Virus record (IMG/VR): IMGVR_UViG_3300031994_000020
Strand: one strand, 5' to 3'
Source: a virus
Lineage: Duplodnaviria; Caudoviricetes
Length of the DNA: 64,000 nt
This document shows positions 9,638 through 18,208 of this stretch, piece by piece. The translations under genes and the position numbers were made by a program. Below the pieces are notes generated by a model. It was not told the DNA's origin. It worked only from the letters and a program-made list of their open reading frames with translations, and did no database searches. Each line of letters starts with the position of its first letter. Positions within the stretch are counted from its first letter, which is position 1.

Positions 9638-10093
9638 TCAAGCCCTTTTCCCCTTTTTCTGAAGATTTTTCAGCGTTCTTTCAACTACTATCTGCGCGCC
9701 GTTCATTTTCACCTGAACCTGCTTGCCATCTATCTCAATATCACCCGACACCCAGAAGCCTACACTATCTTTTCCACGATATTCAATTCCATTGAGTTCT
9801 GATATAAGTCTTTCAAACTCAACACCCTTGTTATAATCGCCTATGAGAAGCTCCTCACCGCCCAAACATCTAGCACCCTTGCGCATAAGATACTCCATGT
9901 GGGGCTTTGTAAGTCTTAGCTGAAGCTTTGCACAGCCGCCTTTTTTAGAGGACTCATGTTCAACACGCATAAAGCGGGGGGCGATTTCGTCAACCATAGC
10001 CACATATACATTATGACCATATATAAAGCCTAACGCATAGCTATCTGCCGCACTGAATTTTCTGTAATTTTTAATCATTGTCTGCTTGTTCAT
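9638..10093 (-). CDS. hypothetical protein, possibly PD-(D/E)xK-like
   Basis: RBS before ATG 10093; GVEFE...GD......QVK pattern. Confidence 0.7.
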   Translation of the reverse strand: MNKQTMIKNYRKFSAADSYALGFIYGHNVYVAMVDEIAPRFMRVEHESSKKGGCAKLQLRLTKPHMEYLMRKGARCLGGEELLIGDYNKGVEFERLISELNGIEYRGKDSVGFWVSGDIEIDGKQVQVKMNGAQIVVERTLKNLQKKGKRA

Positions 10094-10230
10094 TTTCTGT
10101 TCTCCTCTCTTGTTTTCCTTACCTTGTAAATACATTATAGCACACGTTGCAAAACCCGTCAACACTTTTTATTAAAAAAATTGCACAAATTTTGGGACTT
10201 TATTATTAAAAATTTTGTGCAAAATGCCTA

Positions 10231-10316
10231 TTGACAAAAACCCGAAGATGTGGTATAATGTAAAATTCGGCCCGTGCGGGATGGGAGAAGCCAGGCACGG
10301 GCCGCCAAAGCAAAAA
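10231..10316 (+). ncRNA. antisense promoter + GC-rich hairpin unit 5
   Basis: TTGACA 10231, TATAAT 10254, stem CGGCCCGTGC/GCACGGGCCG. Confidence 0.45.
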
Positions 10317-10359
10317 GCCCCAAACATTCAGGGGCTTTCCGCATATTGAGAGGAGGATT

Positions 10360-10533
10360 TCAGTCTTCCGATATAGGCGATACTTTTATATTTCTCCACT
10401 GAGGAGTACGACCAATAGCATGATCAAGCTTTCTCAAAGCGACACCCGCCGCCTGTTCGTGGCAAGATGCCTGTACTGTGTACTCATATTTTTCAAGGTT
10501 TACTGTATTTATTGTCACTTTAAAATTCTTCAT
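10360..10533 (-). CDS. hypothetical protein
   Basis: RBS before ATG 10533. Confidence 0.65.
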   Translation of the reverse strand: MKNFKVTINTVNLEKYEYTVQASCHEQAAGVALRKLDHAIGRTPQWRNIKVSPISED

Positions 10534-10747
10534 TTTGCTTTCCTCTCTTTCATTTCTTCTTTTGTTAACATCAGATTGTATATACATAATAAATCTTGTC
10601 TATTTAGATTGCTTGTATCACCATCCCAGTGGTCTTTCACATATTGTATTCTCATTTCCTCAATTTTTTTCTCTAATTCAATGGCGGTCATTTTGTTTTC
10701 CTCTCTTTCATTTGATAAATCTATTATATCATGCTTTTGTTAGTTTG

Positions 10748-11191
10748 TCAAGGGAGTTTTTTAATTTTTTCAATTAAATTTTCAACATCTTCCGCACCCT
10801 TGCCCCAAGCTTTTCTGTTAGGCTCTTCATCATCGAACAGGTAACCCGATCCGAACAGGTGTTTGGGAGTGCCATAAGCTATAATATTTATATTGTTAAA
10901 CTTGACACTCGGAAGCCTTTTCTTGAGATAATTTATTTTAGCTTCACGGATGCGGGCGTTGTAGTCCTCATCATCCACCTTTGCAGTCCATGAAATAACA
11001 TTTATTTCATAGCCCTTGCGCTGTTTATTATTGAGAACCCTTGCAAGTGCGCTAAAGTTAACCAGAGGTTTTGCTATCTCATAGGGTGTAGTATCTTTTG
11101 CAAGTATATAATCAAGCCATCCCTCTACGCCATACAGATTTACGAATGTCCCGTCCATATCAAGGTTAATTGCTTTTCTCATTCCGTTCAC
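10748..11191 (-). CDS. HAD-superfamily phosphatase, paralog of 5002-5460
   Basis: DMDGT, ISW, LFDDEE.NRK.W. Confidence 0.8.
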   Translation of the reverse strand: MNGMRKAINLDMDGTFVNLYGVEGWLDYILAKDTTPYEIAKPLVNFSALARVLNNKQRKGYEINVISWTAKVDDEDYNARIREAKINYLKKRLPSVKFNNINIIAYGTPKHLFGSGYLFDDEEPNRKAWGKGAEDVENLIEKIKKLP

Positions 11192-11214
11192 CTCTCTCCT
11201 TTTTGATAATTATA

Positions 11215-11427
11215 TTATATCACTTTTGTGTAATTTGTCAAGCATTTTATAAAAGTTTTTGGAGTAAAAACTATTATTGTTATATCTAATATATCGTAAG
11301 TAGAATAAAAATCAATATCATTTGTTTCATTAAATAAGAAATGAATTCTTTTCATCATATAGCGAGTAAAACCATACTCATAAAAAATTATTCCTGTTTC
11401 GTTATTTCTTACTTTTATCCTATACAT
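11215..11427 (-). CDS. hypothetical protein
   Basis: ORF with RBS. Confidence 0.65.
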   Translation of the reverse strand: MYRIKVRNNETGIIFYEYGFTRYMMKRIHFLFNETNDIDFYSTYDILDITIIVFTPKTFIKCLTNYTKVI

Positions 11428-11602
11428 TGTCTATTTCCTCTCTTGTTCTGATAATACTATTATATCACATTATGGGATGAATACAATAGGCAAAATGCAC
11501 AAACTTTGGATCAAAATTTTGTTAAAATTGCTAGTTGACATGAAATACGCGGCGTGCCGAGGCACAACCAGCCAAGCACGCCGCGCTCAAAGAAAAAGAG
11601 GC

Positions 11603-11800
11603 TTATGCCTCTTCTTCCTCAAGCTCTTCGAGGTACTGCTCAAGCGAGCGGTAGCCTGTTCTGCTATATATTATAGCGTTAAGGCACTCTTCCCAATTGC
11701 GCCAAGTTGAGCAATTCCATACGAGGTTTATTTCCTCTGCGGTTGCTATCTCAAGCTCTACTACTCTGTCATACATTATCATTTCTTCTGTTGTCATCAT
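11603..11800 (-). CDS. hypothetical acidic protein
   Basis: ORF with RBS and promoter. Confidence 0.75.
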   Translation of the reverse strand: MMTTEEMIMYDRVVELEIATAEEINLVWNCSTWRNWEECLNAIIYSRTGYRSLEQYLEELEEEEA

Positions 11801-11868
11801 GGTTTTTATCTCCTCTCTTTATTGTATCTTTATTATAACACGGTGGTCGATGTTTGTCAAGCACTTTT

Positions 11869-12066
11869 TTAGATATTTTTAACTTCAACTATCCACCAAG
11901 GAATTCCTTTGTATTTCTTGCTTTCTTTCATATATTTTTCTAATCTCTTTTTAGAAGTAGAAAATTCAACTATAGGGCATCCGGGTCGACTTATTTTTGC
12001 TACATACAGCGGTCTTCTTTCTTTTTTAACTTCCTCAGTAATAGTTATTGTAATTGTCTTTGTCAT
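11869..12066 (-). CDS. hypothetical protein
   Basis: ORF with RBS and promoter. Confidence 0.7.
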   Translation of the reverse strand: MTKTITITITEEVKKERRPLYVAKISRPGCPIVEFSTSKKRLEKYMKESKKYKGIPWWIVEVKNI

Positions 12067-12129
12067 TTTATTTTCCTCTCTTTCCTTATCTTGTACCCCT
12101 ATTATAACATGTTAGGTTTGGTTTGTCAA

Positions 12130-12275
12130 CACTTTTTTATTTTTTTTTGAGGAAGTTTCCGCAAGGTGAGAAGTTACTTTTCCGAATGTCTTTGTCAAGT
12201 CACCCTTACTTTTCGCTTAACAGTACTTGCTATCTCACTGAGTGGGTTTCCGCTTCCTCGTTTCCCTCTCTGTAA
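12130..12275 (-). ncRNA. candidate structured ncRNA, copy A
   Basis: promoter-driven, no start codon, AGGAAG/CTTCCT closing stem, homologous to 13860-13985. Confidence 0.45.
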
Positions 12276-12376
12276 TTATAATATACCACATCCCCCGCTT
12301 TACGTCAAGAGTTTTTTATAAAAAAGTTGCACAAATTTCGGGATCTGATAATTGAAAAATTTGTACAAAATGCCTA

Positions 12377-12459
12377 TTGACAAAATTTGCAGACTGTGGT
12401 ATAATGAAAAATGCGCACCGTGGCGAAGCAGAAGGCGCCAGCCACGGTGCGCCCAATAA
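12377..12459 (+). ncRNA. antisense promoter + GC-rich hairpin unit 7
   Basis: TTGACA 12377, TATAAT 12400, stem GCGCACCGTGGC/GCCACGGTGCGC. Confidence 0.45.
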
Positions 12460-12669
12460 TCACTCTCCTGTATACAAATAAGGAGAGATGACTTCTCTGG
12501 CCTGAGTCCAGTCAACTTTTACAGTTTTAAAGGGTTCGAGAACATGCAGCTCGAAGCGGTTTTCGTCTATGTCTACATAGGCGCCCCATGCACCAAGAAT
12601 TTTCGTGGTGACAAGGTTTACAAGGACATCGGGGGAGATTTTAGCGTAATCACAAATAAATGCTCTCAT
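12460..12669 (-). CDS. hypothetical protein
   Basis: ORF with RBS and promoter. Confidence 0.7.
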   Translation of the reverse strand: MRAFICDYAKISPDVLVNLVTTKILGAWGAYVDIDENRFELHVLEPFKTVKVDWTQAREVISPYLYTGE

Positions 12670-12712
12670 GGGGTTTACCTCTCTTTCTTTATTATGATTT
12701 TATTATATCATT

Positions 12713-12862
12713 TTATTTTTTATTTGTCAAGAAAAATCTTTCAAATTCTTTTGTTTTTTTGTCAAGTTCTCCCCATGTAGGAGCTTTCTTGAATTTTTTA
12801 CAATATATTGAGTACCATACATCAACTGCCTTTGAAACTTCTTTCTGTATATTCTTATCCAT
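12713..12862 (-). CDS. hypothetical protein
   Basis: GAGGT RBS before ATG 12862. Confidence 0.6.
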   Translation of the reverse strand: MDKNIQKEVSKAVDVWYSIYCKKFKKAPTWGELDKKTKEFERFFLTNKK

Positions 12863-13364
12863 GATATCTACCTCTTTCTCATTTGATAAGTCAATTATAC
12901 CAACGTTGCGGGAAAAAGTCAATGTACAAGATCACCAAAAATGCAACTGAAAAATTGTTAAAATTGCCATCTTGACAAAAATGCGGAACCTGCGCGAAGA
13001 GTAACGCCCGCGCAGGTTCCGCCAAATAAAAAATCTGCGGATGCGCTTCTCCCCCGCAGACTCTGCCCGCATTATTTCGCGCCCTACTGAAGCGTGGGCT
13101 GTGGCGCGCCCGAATGGGTATTTTTTAAATATTTAGTTGTCGGTCGGCGATGCTCTAATCATATTATTTGGTGCGCTCCTTGCGCTGATCTTGGTTTGCT
13201 GATATTGGTTTATGGTTACATTATATCAAATAACAGATGCGTTGTCAAGCCCTTTCTTCTAATATTTCTTCATTTATTTCTCTCCTCTCGTTTGTTTGTT
13301 TTCTTTATCTTATGTACTTATTATATCATGGGGCTTGGCTTTTGTCAAGCCCCATTTTTATTTT

Positions 13365-13547
13365 TTATGCTTCTGCCCAAAACCACCATTCATCCTCGGT
13401 TATCTCTGCTTTCTTGAGCGCTCTGCGGAAGCGAGCTTTTGCGTTCTTATCACCCATTGCGGAGTCCCAACTATTATTGTTAAGACGATCGAATAATTCA
13501 GCATCCAGTCCGCAAATTATTTCGTTCAGCTCTTCAAAATCTCTCAT
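13365..13547 (-). CDS. hypothetical protein
   Basis: ORF with RBS and promoter. Confidence 0.7.
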   Translation of the reverse strand: MRDFEELNEIICGLDAELFDRLNNNSWDSAMGDKNAKARFRRALKKAEITEDEWWFWAEA

Positions 13548-13859
13548 TTTTTTGTCCTCTCTTTCTTTATCTTATGTACTTATTATATCACGGTACTTTG
13601 TGCTTGTCAAGCACTTTTTTCAATCTGCTATAAGTACTATTCTGTTTTCTTCTTCATGCTCGTTGATGTCATCAAGGTTACGCACAAATCCTTCATTGTC
13701 AAGAAGCTGAACTACCGCATCATCCTTGTACTTGTTTAAGAGTTCCTTGAGTTCCTTTACAGTAATCTTGTTCATACCTCGTATCTCCTTTCCTTAACTT
13801 GTGCTTTTATTATAACACGTTAGGTTTGGTTTGTCAAGCACTTTTTTAAAATTTTTTTT

Positions 13860-13985
13860 GAGGAAGTTTCCGAAGGGTGATAACTTACTCTTTCGAAGCA
13901 TCTTTGTCAAGTTGCCCTTACTCTTTCGGTTATCAGAGCCTTCTATCTCTTCGAGTGGTATCCGCTTCCTGTTCCCTCTCTGTGA
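13860..13985 (-). ncRNA. candidate structured ncRNA, copy B
   Basis: homolog of 12130-12275. Confidence 0.45.
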
Positions 13986-14086
13986 TTATAATATACCATA
14001 CCCCGCGGAAGATGTCAACAGTTTTTATTAAAAAAATTGCACAAATTTCGGGATCAGATTATCTAAAAATTTGTGCAATTTGCCTA

Positions 14087-14194
14087 TTGACAAAATGTGC
14101 AAGGCTGTGGTATAATGGAAATTCGGCGCGAGCGCGACTGAAAGGAGTCGCGCTCGCGCCGCGCAATTATACCACTTTTCTGAAAATTTGTCAA
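14087..14194. ncRNA. 16-bp GC hairpin between convergent promoters (unit 9)
   Basis: plus TTGACA 14087/TATAAT 14111; stem 14124-14161; minus-strand promoter 14166-14194. Confidence 0.45.
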
Positions 14195-14644
14195 TAGGAA
14201 AATTGCACAAAAATTTGCGGTAGATTTCTAACATCTACCGCGCAAGTGCCTATGCATACAGGGCGTCAAGATCTGCTGCCGTCAGTATATAGCCGTTATA
14301 GTATTTTTTTATTCTTATGGCATCATCTTCGGTATCCACTTTTACAATTAAATCATCCTCATCATCATATACGTAGAACATATGTTTTCTCCTCTCCTAT
14401 AGTTATGGTGCTTGAGGGTTTAACCCTCAAGCATCTTCAGCCACTCGGCATCCGCATCTGCGGTGTAAGGAACTGTGTCCTCTGTGGTGTTTGCGATTGC
14501 TTTAAAACCAACCTCAGTGTAAACCTCTTCAAGTTCTATTCTTTCGTTCATCATATTTTTTGTTCTCCTCTCTTGTTTTCTTTATCTTATGTATTTATTA
14601 TAACACGTTGTTATCTGCTTGTCAATACTTTTTTTAAAAAATTT

Positions 14645-14827
14645 TTAATCATCTTCATTTTCAAGTATATGTAAACAACATTCAAGATGAAGATCCATAT
14701 TTTCGATTTCTTCAAATTCCGCAGAAAACTCTTCCCAATCATCATCATCAGTAGACTCTAATATCTCTTCTCCATAAGCCTTGAGTTCCTTTACAAGTTC
14801 TATATACTTTGCAATTTTCTTTTTCAT
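14645..14827 (-). CDS. hypothetical acidic protein
   Basis: ORF with RBS and promoter. Confidence 0.7.
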   Translation of the reverse strand: MKKKIAKYIELVKELKAYGEEILESTDDDDWEEFSAEFEEIENMDLHLECCLHILENEDD

Positions 14828-15389
14828 TTCTTTGTTCTCCTCTCTCTTGTTCTCTTTATCTTATGTATTTATTATACTATACGTTTTATTCTTTGTCAAT
14901 ACCTTTTTTAAAAAATTTTTTATTTTATATAGTATTCTATGACATACTTTCCGCTGTCTTTGTCCTGATATACTGTTGCCTCTTTCACTCTTTCTATAAT
15001 CTCTTTCACTTCATTCATGTAATTTACTTCCACTCTTTTCATTTTTTTATCCTCTCTCTCTGTTTATCCTTTGTTTTCTGAAAAGGCTTTTTTCAAGCCT
15101 TTTCATATCCTCTCTTGTATATTGCTATTATGTCAAGTATCATTTCTTTTGTTATATCTTCTCTTCTTGTTACTTCTTTTTCAAGTGATGTGAGTGTTCT
15201 TATTATTGCATTGTTTGTTAACTCTTCTACTGTACTTGTGAACTCTTCTGTTGTTACTGTTATATTCATCATATCTTTTCTCCTCTCTTGTATTGCTTTA
15301 TCTTATGTATTTATTATACTATACGTTTTGTTGTTTGTCAAGTGTTTTTTTTATTTTTTTGTTTGCGATATGCCCTTTTAGGTTACTGC

Positions 15390-15551
15390 TTATTTATTTT
15401 TCTTGAAGTACTCTTTATCCCATATCCACTCTACAATATAAGTCTTTGTTTTTGCGTTAAGGCTTTTGTAAGCTACTGTTGACATTTTGTTTATCCCGTA
15501 AAAGAACTTTCCTGCTTCTTTTCTATCTGTAAACTCTCTTCTCTTCATCAT
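15390..15551 (-). CDS. hypothetical basic protein
   Basis: AGGAG RBS, promoter. Confidence 0.65.
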   Translation of the reverse strand: MMKRREFTDRKEAGKFFYGINKMSTVAYKSLNAKTKTYIVEWIWDKEYFKKNK

Positions 15552-15777
15552 CTCTCTTGTTCTCCTTTCCTTTATCTTGATTAAAGTATACCATACCATT
15601 ACACGTCTGTCAATAGTTTTATTATAAAAAGTTGCACAAACTTACTTAGTTATTTTTGTCTATTTTGCTAATAAGATCTTTTTGCTAAATTTGGCTTTTT
15701 ATTGCTTTTTGCTGAGTTTTGCAATTTCGTGAATTTGCATAAACTTGCATAATTGCTTTTATGCATTTTGCTAAACC

Positions 15778-15791
15778 CGAACAGGTGTTCG
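15778..15791. promoter_or_regulatory. LexA/DinR-type box
   Basis: CGAACAGGTGTTCG, in a non-coding gap. Confidence 0.6.
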
Positions 15792-16118
15792 GAATGAAAA
15801 TAAGGCGCGCCTTGATCGTGGGCGCGCCTGGCTCAAATAGTTTATCTACACAACGTTTCTTTTTATGAAGGGGGGCTATATTTTGGGATGAAACTCTAAA
15901 AAAATTTGAAATTGGTTTGTGCTCGACCAAAAAATCTCCAAATCAATTTTCAAATCTAAAAAACGATAAAAATCTCCAAATCATTTTTCAAATTCAGAAC
16001 ACGACAAATCTAGGAAAAAACAAAAGTGAGACATTCTCCTCATATCCTATCTTAAAATATCTACGCCCCTATAAAACCTCCGTTTTACTTTCTTATACGA
16101 TACTTACAGTTAGCCTCT

Positions 16119-16451
16119 CTACCCTTTCTCAGCTGCCGCAGCCTCGTCGCATACATAGAAAATATTTTCATCATATCTTTGTTTTTTTAGTCTTTCTATC
16201 CATTCCTTTCCATCATTCGCCTCTTCCCAACTTATCATATTACCATCTTTTATTTCATAACCATATTCTTCCAATACATTTATTATCTTTTTCCTTTTAA
16301 TATTGGATAAAACAGCAACAAAATCAATAGGCAAATAACAGTACATTTCCCCTTCTTCTATAGCTTCTTTTATCAATTTCTCAATATACTCCAACTCTTT
16401 ATTAATATCACATTTTTCCGCTATTTTTTTAGCATCAACCGCATTAATCAT
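16119..16451 (-). CDS. hypothetical protein (ends in TAG; next TAA at 16110)
   Basis: ATGA overlap with the upstream gene. Confidence 0.7.
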   Translation of the reverse strand: MINAVDAKKIAEKCDINKELEYIEKLIKEAIEEGEMYCYLPIDFVAVLSNIKRKKIINVLEEYGYEIKDGNMISWEEANDGKEWIERLKKQRYDENIFYVCDEAAAAEKG

Positions 16452-16711
16452 TCTCTTTGTATCTCCTTTTCTTCATAATCAACATAATAGACACCTTCTC
16501 CATAAACATCCCTTATCCATACAAAGCGGGAACCCTCCATTTCAACAATAGCGAAAGTCTTATAATCCTTTACAATACGCGGGGACCTATACTTGCAATA
16601 AGCCATGCTAGCCAACATAGACAAAATTATTAATACAATTAGCCATATCGCTACTACATTAACGCGCTCCCATTCCGCATCAGACCTCATATCCCGCGCC
16701 CTCCTCATCAA
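16448..16711 (-). CDS. hypothetical membrane-anchored protein
   Basis: single TM segment; overlaps its neighbours. Confidence 0.65.
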   Translation of the reverse strand: MMRRARDMRSDAEWERVNVVAIWLIVLIILSMLASMAYCKYRSPRIVKDYKTFAIVEMEGSRFVWIRDVYGEGVYYVDYEEKEIQRE

Positions 16712-16904
16712 ATATCTTTTGTGCCAAAGCAGTTAAAGTCATTTGCATTGCAATATAAGATTCTTTAAATTCTGGATTAAAATTAAATTCCTCCTGAAGC
16801 TCTTCTTCTGTTAAAGCCTCTAAATAAGCACCTTCAAGATAGACATCACTGAGATAATCTTTAAATTTCTTTTCTATTATATTATAAACTTCTTTCCAAG
16901 ACAT
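16680..16904 (-). CDS. hypothetical protein
   Basis: AGGAG RBS, promoter 16939-16966. Confidence 0.75.
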   Translation of the reverse strand: MSWKEVYNIIEKKFKDYLSDVYLEGAYLEALTEEELQEEFNFNPEFKESYIAMQMTLTALAQKIFDEEGAGYEV

Positions 16905-16987
16905 ATTTATATCTCCTTTTTTCTTTTTTATAATATAATTATATCAAAAATTTTTTATAATGTCAAATAAAATTCTTTTGACCAAAC

Positions 16988-17016
16988 TTGCGTTACAAAA
17001 AATTTTTTGGTATAAT
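16988..17016 (+). promoter_or_regulatory. sigma-A-like promoter starting the plus-strand arm
   Basis: TTGCGT-N17-TATAAT with extended TG. Confidence 0.6.
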
Positions 17017-17095
17017 ATTAGTAGATGGATGAAAATTTCATTTTCATCATTTACTAAATATGGATAATTTAAATTACGCATAGGAGGAAAAAGCA

Positions 17096-18202
17096 TTGGA
17101 TAATTTGCAAGAAAAAGAAGAAAAACTCCAAGCGGAAGATGGATATATAAAAATGGATTAGAGTTTAGAATCTCCCGCAGATAGAGTTAAAAAAGTAGAA
17201 GAAATTATTGCCAATACTCCTTCAGAAAGATTAACGCCAGTATATTTAGAAAAATTATCAGACTATATTATTTTAGCTATGACAAAAGAAGAAAGAAAAC
17301 AGAAAAAAATATTAACAGATAATCATATGGTAACAGTGAATAAGCGGGAGATGTCTTATGAAGGATTAGTAGGTAAATTAGAAAATGGAGAAGATGGTAT
17401 TTATAATATTATGACAAATGATAAAAATATTATCTTTGCTCCTAAAGTTAAAATTACAGAAGAAGATGTAGAAACTATTCCTGGTTTAAAAGAATTGCGG
17501 GAAGGTATAGAGCGAATAGAAGAAGAGTGTAAAAGCGCCCGCGGAGCTCGCGCCTTCCGCCTTAAAAAGCAACTTATAGAAATGAGACAAGATCAGTATG
17601 TTCTTAAAAACGCATATAAAAAACCAACTTATGTAATGAATATAACAAAAAGTTTATCTAAATTAGATTTACCAGATGAAAATTACGTTGATGATGATGG
17701 AAACCCGCAGAGTGCCACATTAATAAATTTATTTAATCCAAAGCATGTTTCTGCATTATTATGTAATTACTCTCAAATAAAAGAAGATTGTTGGGATAAA
17801 TTTAATAGCGATATAAAATGGTTAATGGAGGATCTTGATTTTCTTGTTGATGCAACATTAAAAGAAGACTATCCTTTATATTATGATATAGTTATTTATA
17901 AAATAGATGGATTACAAAATATAGATATTCAACAAAAATTATTTGAAGATTATGGAATTAAACATAGTGTAGAATATATATCATCACTTTAGCGCAATAA
18001 GATACCTAAAATGATTGCAGATAAAGCGGGAGATGATTATCTTATTTAGCACTATACTAATGAAGAATATGGAAAATGGAAAAAGTGCTCGCGGTGTGGA
18101 CAAATCAAGTTAGCCAATAATAGATTTTTTTCTAAAAATAGTACAAGCAAAGATGGATTTTATAGTATATGTAAATGCTGTAGAAATAAAAAGAAAGGAT
18201 GA
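17096..18202 (+). CDS. 368-aa protein with HTH-like region and C-terminal Cys4 zinc finger (3 in-frame TAG read as Trp); candidate regulator
   Basis: AGGAGG RBS + TTG; TAG at 17159, 17990 and ~18047; CSRC...CKCC lies after the TAGs; TGA stop just before the next ATG. Confidence 0.8.
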
Positions 18203-18208
18203 TGTTAA

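Larger units (their letters stand above)
1030..16970 (-). promoter_or_regulatory. array of roughly 30+ near-consensus sigma-A promoters, about one per gene
   Basis: recurring plus-strand ATTATA..N17..TGTCAA (TTGACA-N17-TATAAT on minus), usually followed by an AAAGAGAGG RBS, e.g. 4899-4926, 8105-8134, 13582-13610, 15313-15341. Confidence 0.9.

Noticed and set aside
14217-14241. Hairpin GCGGTAGAT-TTCTAAC-ATCTACCGC whose 7-nt loop mimics a CUA anticodon loop
   Set aside because: No D arm, T arm or acceptor stem is recognisable; more simply a minus-strand terminator-like hairpin.
3500-15350. Repeated leaders as a CRISPR array
   Set aside because: The repeats are degenerate promoter/RBS sequences with irregular, gene-sized spacing; no cas genes.
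821-16300. Plus-strand track ORFs in the early arm and minus-strand track ORFs in the late arm (e.g. 4403-4897, 6124-6654, 31560-32003, 61185-61766)
   Set aside because: Antisense shadows of real genes or repeats, with no RBS and biased composition.
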